32,000 nt of DNA, taken from contig CAYVIS010000001.1 of the NCBI GenBank assembly GCA_964451565.1, forward strand, positions 31 through 32,030, in the 5' to 3' direction. The notes under the pieces were generated by a model. That model had not been told where the DNA came from, ran no database searches, and saw nothing but the letters and a program-made list of their open reading frames with translations. The translations under genes were made by a program, and so were the position numbers. Positions 26,340 to 32,000 of the stretch are shown piece after piece; position 1 is the first letter of the stretch, and every line of letters starts with the position of its first letter. The stretch is from an uncultured Neisseria sp. Its GTDB lineage: Bacteria; Pseudomonadota; Gammaproteobacteria; Burkholderiales; Neisseriaceae.

Positions 26340-27725
26340 TTAGTTACGTTCAAAAGAGGGGTTGAGGATGCTATACGGGGTTGCATAGCGGTCATACATG
26401 TATTCTTCGTAGCTCATGCGTTTATTTGCTTTGCCAACCAACATGGGCAGTTCATTACGCTGTTTTGCTTCTAAATATTCATCATAGGTTCTATGCGTCA
26501 TACGCTTAGGCGTATTCAGTTCATCGGCCAGCTTGCCTAAAAGTTCAAATTCGCTATACGGCAGGCGCTTATGCTCATGGATAAACGCGACATTGATGTA
26601 CGAACAGTCAAACGCTTCGGGCGTCAAACGCTTAGGCAGTTTGGCTTTCTCATTCAACAGGGTTTCGACAATTTGGGAATCGGTGAAGCCCATTTCCATC
26701 AGCATCTTGATAGCGGGTGATACTTGCATAGAGGCATATTTAAGGACATGCTCATGCCCCACGTCCTGAATCTTTTTTATGCGTTCAGGCTTGGCGATAA
26801 CTTCATTAAATTCTTGGAAGAGTTGTTCAAAAATAGGATATGCGCCAGTCAAAAAACGACCCGGCTCAATCAAAACTTCATGGGGAATAATTAAATCCCG
26901 ATTTTTCATTTCCAATTCGACACGCACCCACGGGCTTTCTTTGTCGCCTAACTGCTTGCCTTTTTCGTAGATACGGGCAAAGCGGCTGCTGTTTTTACGC
27001 GAGCCGACATAGAACGTTTTGCCGCGACCCTCGTTAATCAGCCAGTCACTACCGACGCATTCGGCGACCGGGCATGATTGGCGCGAGGTATACAGGCCGT
27101 TTTCCCAGTCTTTAAGCGCACGTTCGGGCGTATATTCGCCATTCAGGAAATCATGCGCCAAATCGCAACGGGTGATTCTTGCAAACGGAGCATAGTCTTT
27201 GATGAAGTGATACAGACGACTTTCCCAGCCATCTTTTGCGGCCACTAATCCCTCACCCGTGAAATAGATGCATACCGTACCGCGTTGCTTTGCGCCACCC
27301 ATTGCAACGAAGCCATAGTTAGCGGTTTCACTACCTATCTTGTAACTTGTGGTGTAGCCGTTGCGGCCATTCTGTTTTGCGAACAGACCGAATCCCATAA
27401 TATCCGCCAAATCGGCGGATACGTTACAGGCTATTTCTTCTTCTGTTCCGAGCTGGTCAGGGCGTATAAAAACGTCTTCTTTCACGGTGAACGTTAAAGT
27501 ATCGATAAAAGCGGCAGTAGACCGACCCCGCTTCAAAGGGATTTCTTTAAGCTTGCCATCTGCCATTACGAAATGGCTATGGGCTTCGCTAACCAGTCCC
27601 CCCGTGTTACTAGCGGGGGTATCTGAATCCGCTGTCGCGTTGGCCGCGGCCACGCGCTGACGCGCATCGTCCACGTCCACCACGTCAGCGGATTTGTTTA
27701 CTTGGTTAGTATTGTCGTTTGTCAT
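26340..27725 (-). CDS. Phage replication initiation protein (Rep_trans / gene II-type)
   Basis: 461 aa with the FARIYEKG motif and the surrounding pattern typical of rolling-circle Rep_trans/phage CRI proteins. GAGG RBS. Confidence 0.75.
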   Translation of the reverse strand: MTNDNTNQVNKSADVVDVDDARQRVAAANATADSDTPASNTGGLVSEAHSHFVMADGKLKEIPLKRGRSTAAFIDTLTFTVKEDVFIRPDQLGTEEEIACNVSADLADIMGFGLFAKQNGRNGYTTSYKIGSETANYGFVAMGGAKQRGTVCIYFTGEGLVAAKDGWESRLYHFIKDYAPFARITRCDLAHDFLNGEYTPERALKDWENGLYTSRQSCPVAECVGSDWLINEGRGKTFYVGSRKNSSRFARIYEKGKQLGDKESPWVRVELEMKNRDLIIPHEVLIEPGRFLTGAYPIFEQLFQEFNEVIAKPERIKKIQDVGHEHVLKYASMQVSPAIKMLMEMGFTDSQIVETLLNEKAKLPKRLTPEAFDCSYINVAFIHEHKRLPYSEFELLGKLADELNTPKRMTHRTYDEYLEAKQRNELPMLVGKANKRMSYEEYMYDRYATPYSILNPSFERN

Positions 27726-27735
27726 TTTTGAATCC

Positions 27736-27957
27736 TCAGATAACCATTAAGCCTTCGAAATTTGCGATTTCACCGTTTGCCAGAAACTCTTCAACGAGCT
27801 TGTCTACATGCTGGGGATGCGTCCAAACGGTGCAGTAAAGGCGGTTATTTTTATGGAAAATGACTTCTCTAGATAACGGAAGCAAAGAATGTCGTCTGAC
27901 TTCTATCCGTTTTATTTGCGTTGAGATTTGAAAAATTCGTTCGATTTCGTTTGACAT
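27736..27957 (-). CDS. Phage hypothetical protein (73 aa), first gene of the phage transcription unit
   Basis: ORF in the same orientation, 10 nt upstream of rep. No recognisable motif. Confidence 0.4.
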   Translation of the reverse strand: MSNEIERIFQISTQIKRIEVRRHSLLPLSREVIFHKNNRLYCTVWTHPQHVDKLVEEFLANGEIANFEGLMVI

Positions 27958-28029
27958 AATTAAAGCCCCTACAACTTTAAGTTAAAGGGGCTTTCAGCCT
28001 TACGATGGATGCGAGCTACTGACTGGCTC

Positions 28030-28039
28030 AAGATACCGT
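28030..28039 (+). repeat. Right copy of 10-bp direct repeat AAGATACCGT (attR core)
   Basis: Identical to 20631-20640. It is preceded by a C, as is the internal copy at 21636-21645. Confidence 0.8.
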
Positions 28040-28072
28040 GAGAAATGCCCCTGTTTGGAGCTTAGAATATAT

Positions 28073-28107
28073 AAGGCCGTCTGAAAGATAATCTTTCAGA
28101 CGGCCTT
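28073..28107 (+). terminator. DUS-pair hairpin, probable original mfd terminator displaced by the prophage
   Basis: AAGGCCGTCTGAAAG (28073-28087) pairs with CTTTCAGACGGCCTT (28093-28107). Without the prophage it would lie about 47 nt after the mfd stop. Confidence 0.55.
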
Positions 28108-28338
28108 ATCATCATAATAAATCAACAGATACTATAATCCTGCGCAGACAGAAGCCCGGCCTGAATACATCACAGGCACCCCCAAATTGAATCCACACAA
28201 CAAAAACGCATCAAAGGCCGTCTGAAAACATTTTCAGATGGCCTTTTCTTTTCATTCCATCTATCATTTTGTAAACAATCAGCTTACACTCATCTCGTCT
28301 GCCAAACTTATTCACACCAACCCAAAAGGGAGCCTGCC

Positions 28339-29130
28339 ATGTTTGCCAAAACACCATTCACCACCCTGTTAACCGGCCTCACCGCCGCCGTTTTACTTGC
28401 CGCCTGCCAACCCGCCGCCAAAGAGCAGCAAGCCGCGGCCTCCGACACCGACAAAGTTTACAACGTCGGCATGAATGCCAACTTCGCGCCATTTGAATCC
28501 ACCGACAGCCAAGGCAACGTGCACGGTTTCGACGTGGATTTGATGAATGCGATGGCCAAAGCGGGCGGCTTCAAAATCCAGTATAAAAACCAGCCGTGGG
28601 ACGGCCTGTTTGCCTCGCTGAAAAGCAAAGACAACGATATTCTGATTTCAGGCATCACCATTACCGACGAGCGCCGCCAAAGCATGGCCTTCAGCAAGCC
28701 TTATTTTGAAGTGAAACAAGTAGTGTTGGTTTCAGACGGCCAAGATATTCAATCGGTTAACGATTTGACCAAGTTGAATAAGATCGCAGTAAGCACCGGC
28801 ACTACCGGCGATTATGCGGCACAAAAACTATTTGGCGCGACCAGCCCGAAAATCGCCCGCTTTGAAAACCTGCCGCTCACCGTCAAAGAAATCGAAACCG
28901 GCGGCTCGCCTGCGATGATTAGCGACAGCGCCGTGGTCGGCAATTATGTGAAAAACAACAGCAGCCAAAACTTTACCGTGATTGAAGTACCTGATTTTCC
29001 GGTGGAAGAATACGGCATCGCCGTGCGCCCGGAAGACCAAGCATTGTTGGCCAAGATTGATGAAGCTTTGCAGAAAGTGCGCGACAGCGGCGAATATGAA
29101 ACCATTTACCGCAAGTATTTTGCGCACTGA
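28339..29130 (+). CDS. Family-3 (polar amino acid type) ABC substrate-binding lipoprotein, no adjacent permease/ATPase
   Basis: 263 aa with lipobox LLAAC. SBP_bac_3-like pattern (NANFAPFES, GFDVDLMNAMAK, ISGITITDERR). Confidence 0.8.
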   Translation: MFAKTPFTTLLTGLTAAVLLAACQPAAKEQQAAASDTDKVYNVGMNANFAPFESTDSQGNVHGFDVDLMNAMAKAGGFKIQYKNQPWDGLFASLKSKDNDILISGITITDERRQSMAFSKPYFEVKQVVLVSDGQDIQSVNDLTKLNKIAVSTGTTGDYAAQKLFGATSPKIARFENLPLTVKEIETGGSPAMISDSAVVGNYVKNNSSQNFTVIEVPDFPVEEYGIAVRPEDQALLAKIDEALQKVRDSGEYETIYRKYFAH

Positions 29131-29175
29131 TTGCGCTATTCGATATAGATACTCAGCAACCCTGCAATGCAGACT

Positions 29176-29400
29176 GAAGCTTTTACAAAAAAACCTTACC
29201 CGTCGCTCCTGCGCAGGCAGAAGCCTAGTGCAAGGCAGCGCTTTGCTTATCCGACACGTTACTGCAAATAATCATTTTTATATAAAACAAACAATTACAT
29301 ATTTTCATTTGATTGCTGTTACTCGGCTGACAACTGACGCTGTGCTTCAGCCCGGGCTCCTGCCTGCGCAGGAGCGGCGAAAGGGTATTTGCAAAGGCTC
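29176..29400. repeat. 225-bp TIR/palindrome element (complete)
   Basis: GAAGCTTTTACAAAAAAACCTTACCCGTCGCTCCTGCGCAGGCAGAAGCC ... GGGCTCCTGCCTGCGCAGGAGCGGCGAAAGGGTATTTGCAAAGGCTC. Confidence 0.7.
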
Positions 29401-29469
29401 CAGACTGATTCAATTGCGTTGAAACGTTCTGCCATTTACCCGGCAAGTCAATGAAATCAGCCATAAACA

Positions 29470-29505
29470 AAGGCCGTCTGAAGCATTGATGCTTGCAGAC
29501 GGCTC
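29470..29505 (-). terminator. rnr terminator (imperfect DUS pair)
   Basis: GCCGTCTGAAGC/GCTTGCAGACGGC stem with one bulge, followed on the minus strand by TTTGTTTATGG. Confidence 0.55.
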
Positions 29506-29522
29506 TTGATTTATTCCCGCGC

Positions 29523-32000
29523 TTATTTCTTGCGGTTACGCTTGCGCGGCGCAGATGTGGTTTTAGCTTTCCCTTTCTGTTTGGCAGGTGCGGCGGCAGC
29601 AGGTTTGCCTGCCTGTTCGTTGCGTTGCACAAAGGTGATTTTGCCGTCTACCATTTTCAGCGATTTACCCGGTTTGCCGGATTTTGCTTTGGCGGCCGGG
29701 GCTTGGTTGCTGCGGGGTTCGCTACGGTTATCGCTCTGTTTGGCGGTTTTGCTCTTGCCTTTGGCGGCAGGTGCGGCGGTTTTGTCGCGGCTGTTTTGCT
29801 TGGCGTTTTTACGGCTTTTGCCGGTGAGGCCGCCGCTGATGAGGGTAAGATCGATTTTGCTGGTATCCAAATCGGCACGCGCCACTTTCACCACTACTTC
29901 ATCGCCCATATTGAAGCGCACGCCGCTGCGTTCGCCTTCCATCGCCATGATTTCGGGGCGGAAGTTGAAATAGTCTTCGCCCAAATCGCTGATGTGTACC
30001 ATGCCTTCGATGTGGATGTCGTCGAGGGTGACGAAAATGCCGAAGTTGGCCATGCCCGACACGCGGCCGTTGAACACTTCGCCCACTTTGTCGCGCATAT
30101 AATAGGTTTTCAGCCAGTTTTCAACATCGCGGCTGGCATCGTCGGCGCGGCGCTCGTTAAACGAACAGGTCACGCCCAGCGCCTGCCACGATTTCGGCGC
30201 GTATTTTTCGCCGTTTAACACCGCTTTAATCGCGCGGTGCACGGTCAGGTCGGGATAGCGGCGGATGGGTGAGGTGAAGTGGGCATAGGCTTCGTAAGCG
30301 AGGCCGAAGTGGCCCTCGTTGTTCGGCTCATACACGGCCTGCTGCATCGAGCGCAGCAGCATCACCTGCAGCAGCTCTTGGTCGGGACGGCCGGCGATTT
30401 TTTCGGCCAAAGCGGCGTAATCTTTCGGCGAGGGTTTGTCGCCGCCGCCCAAATGCAAACCGAGCAGGCCGAGCTGTTCGCGCAGAGTGGCAAGTTTTTC
30501 GGGCGTCGGCCCCAAGTGGTTGCGGAACAGCGCAGTGTGTTTGTTTTTCAACAAAAATTCCGCCGCGCACACATTGGCTGCAAGCATACATTCTTCAATC
30601 AGCTTGTGGGCATCGTTGCGCGTCACCGGCACGATGCGCTCGATTTTGCCGTTGTCGTCAAACAGCATCTGCGTTTCGATGCTTTCAAACTCCATTGCGC
30701 CGCGCTGTTGGCGTTTTTTCTGCAAAATTTGGAACAATTTATACAGCGGCTCGATTTGCGCTTTGTGCGGATAATCGCCGCCGCCTTCAATCCAGTTCCA
30801 CACCTGCGTGTAGGTCAGGCGCGCGTGCGAGCGCATCACGGCCGGATAAAATTTGTATTCTTTGACGTTGCCCGCGTAGGTGATGACCATATCGCACACC
30901 ATACACAAGCGCTCGACATCGGGATTGAGCGAGCAGATGCCGTTCGACAGGCTTTCGGGCAGCATCGGAATCACCCGCCGCGGGAAATACACGCTGGTGG
31001 TGCGCTCGACCGCGTCTTTATCAATCGCGTCATCCGGCTGCACATAATGGCTCACGTCGGCAATCGCCACCACCAAGCGGTAGTTGCGGCCGATTTTTTC
31101 GGCATACACCGCATCGTCGAAGTCGCGTGCGGTTTCGCCGTCGATGGTCATCAGCGGCAAATCGCGCAAATCCACCCGCCCTGCTTCAGCGATTTCATGC
31201 GGCTGCACATGCTCGGGAATCTGCTCGGCAGCGCGCAGGCAGGCATCGCTGAACTCATGCGGCAAATGGTGTTTGCGCACGGCGATTTCGATTTCCATGC
31301 CGCTGTCGGCATAGTCGCCCAACACTTCCACCAGTTTGGCCACAGCCGGGCGGTGGCCTTCGGGATAGCTCTCAATCTCGCCGACGACCACCTGCCCCTG
31401 CTCGGGCTTGAAATCGGCCAAGCTTTGAGGCTCCAACATAATACTCTGATTGAGGCGTTTGTCTTCCGGCTCCAAAATGGCAATGCCGCGCTCGATATAA
31501 AAGCGCCCCACCACCTTGGTTTGCGCGCGCTCGACCACATCAAGCACTTGCCCTTCGCGGCGGCCGCGCCGATCGACGCCGCCCGGACGCACGGTGACAA
31601 TATCGCCGTGCATCACACCGCGCATTTGGCGTTCATACAAAACAAAATCGCCCTCGCCCGTGGGCGTGAGCGGCACCGCAAAACCGAAGCCGTCTTTGTG
31701 CGCTTCGATGCGGCATTTCACCAGCGCCAGCTTGTCGGCGGCACACACCGCGCCACGGCGGTTGATGTGCACCTGTCCGTCGCGCGCCATCGCCTTGATG
31801 CGGCGCTCGAAAAATTCGTATTCTTCGTCGGTAATCGACAATTTTTGTGCCAGCGTGCTGATTTTCAGCGGCACACCTTCCTGCTCCAATAATTCAATCA
31901 CCCATTCACGGCTCGGCAGCGGGTGTTCGTAACGCTGCTGCTCGCGGCTCAAAAACGGGTCTTTTTCTCGTAAACTCAATGATTTAGTATTTTTCTTCAT
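29523..32000 (-). CDS. rnr: Ribonuclease R
   Basis: 825 aa. RNB catalytic domain (DGETARDFDDAV, SPIRRYPDL), an S1 domain near the C-terminus and a Lys/Ala-rich basic tail. The ATG occupies 31998-32000. Confidence 0.93.
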   Translation of the reverse strand: MKKNTKSLSLREKDPFLSREQQRYEHPLPSREWVIELLEQEGVPLKISTLAQKLSITDEEYEFFERRIKAMARDGQVHINRRGAVCAADKLALVKCRIEAHKDGFGFAVPLTPTGEGDFVLYERQMRGVMHGDIVTVRPGGVDRRGRREGQVLDVVERAQTKVVGRFYIERGIAILEPEDKRLNQSIMLEPQSLADFKPEQGQVVVGEIESYPEGHRPAVAKLVEVLGDYADSGMEIEIAVRKHHLPHEFSDACLRAAEQIPEHVQPHEIAEAGRVDLRDLPLMTIDGETARDFDDAVYAEKIGRNYRLVVAIADVSHYVQPDDAIDKDAVERTTSVYFPRRVIPMLPESLSNGICSLNPDVERLCMVCDMVITYAGNVKEYKFYPAVMRSHARLTYTQVWNWIEGGGDYPHKAQIEPLYKLFQILQKKRQQRGAMEFESIETQMLFDDNGKIERIVPVTRNDAHKLIEECMLAANVCAAEFLLKNKHTALFRNHLGPTPEKLATLREQLGLLGLHLGGGDKPSPKDYAALAEKIAGRPDQELLQVMLLRSMQQAVYEPNNEGHFGLAYEAYAHFTSPIRRYPDLTVHRAIKAVLNGEKYAPKSWQALGVTCSFNERRADDASRDVENWLKTYYMRDKVGEVFNGRVSGMANFGIFVTLDDIHIEGMVHISDLGEDYFNFRPEIMAMEGERSGVRFNMGDEVVVKVARADLDTSKIDLTLISGGLTGKSRKNAKQNSRDKTAAPAAKGKSKTAKQSDNRSEPRSNQAPAAKAKSGKPGKSLKMVDGKITFVQRNEQAGKPAAAAPAKQKGKAKTTSAPRKRNRKK

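Larger units (their letters stand above)
20641..28039 (-). mobile_element. Nf/MDA-type filamentous (Inoviridae) prophage, apparently complete, 7399 bp repeat-to-repeat
   Basis: Canonical inovirus gene order on one strand, with tightly packed and overlapping genes. GC is visibly lower than the flanks and there is no exact DUS. An IS110-family recombinase sits at one end. The block is bounded by a 10-bp direct repeat. Confidence 0.85.

Overview
This is a 32 kb chromosomal window from a Neisseria-type genome. By manual count it holds about three dozen exact copies of the DNA uptake sequence core GCCGTCTGAA/TTCAGACGGC. Most are in the AGGCCGTCTGAA dialect and many form inverted pairs behind genes. 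The intergenic spaces also carry Correia-like elements and ~200 bp dRS3/NIME-like inverted-repeat elements. Core genes in order are: trpG (5' truncated)-trpD; bfrB-bfrA (minus); typA; a Q-rich lipoprotein; trxB; modC-modB, a NeuD/PglD-like acetyltransferase and modA (minus); aroD-ydiB (minus); sugE/gdx (minus); an XRE regulator divergent from maeA plus an AEC permease; mfd; an orphan solute-binding lipoprotein; and rnr (minus, complete, its ATG is the last 3 bases of the window). The only accessory block is a complete 7.4 kb Nf/MDA-type filamentous prophage at 20641-28039, with all genes on the minus strand. Its order is: small ORF, Rep, ssDNA-binding protein, major coat, small membrane protein, TspB/pIII-like protein, pVI-like protein, Zot/pI-like ATPase, a 58-aa membrane ORF missing from the ORF track, a ~300 nt structured non-coding region, and an IS110-family recombinase. 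The prophage is bounded by a 10-bp direct repeat AAGATACCGT and sits between the mfd stop codon and the mfd DUS-hairpin terminator. The highest-rated observation concerns the non-coding leader of the recombinase gene. It contains a third copy of the att core and, in a hairpin loop, a 9-mer matching the opposite strand of the chromosomal junction. This fits a bridge-RNA-like guide for an RNA-directed phage integrase, but it is an inference from sequence only. The prophage family itself is already known. Many long ORFs in the supplied track are antisense shadows of GC-rich genes and are not called. All homology calls rest on recognising motifs and families by eye, not on database searches.
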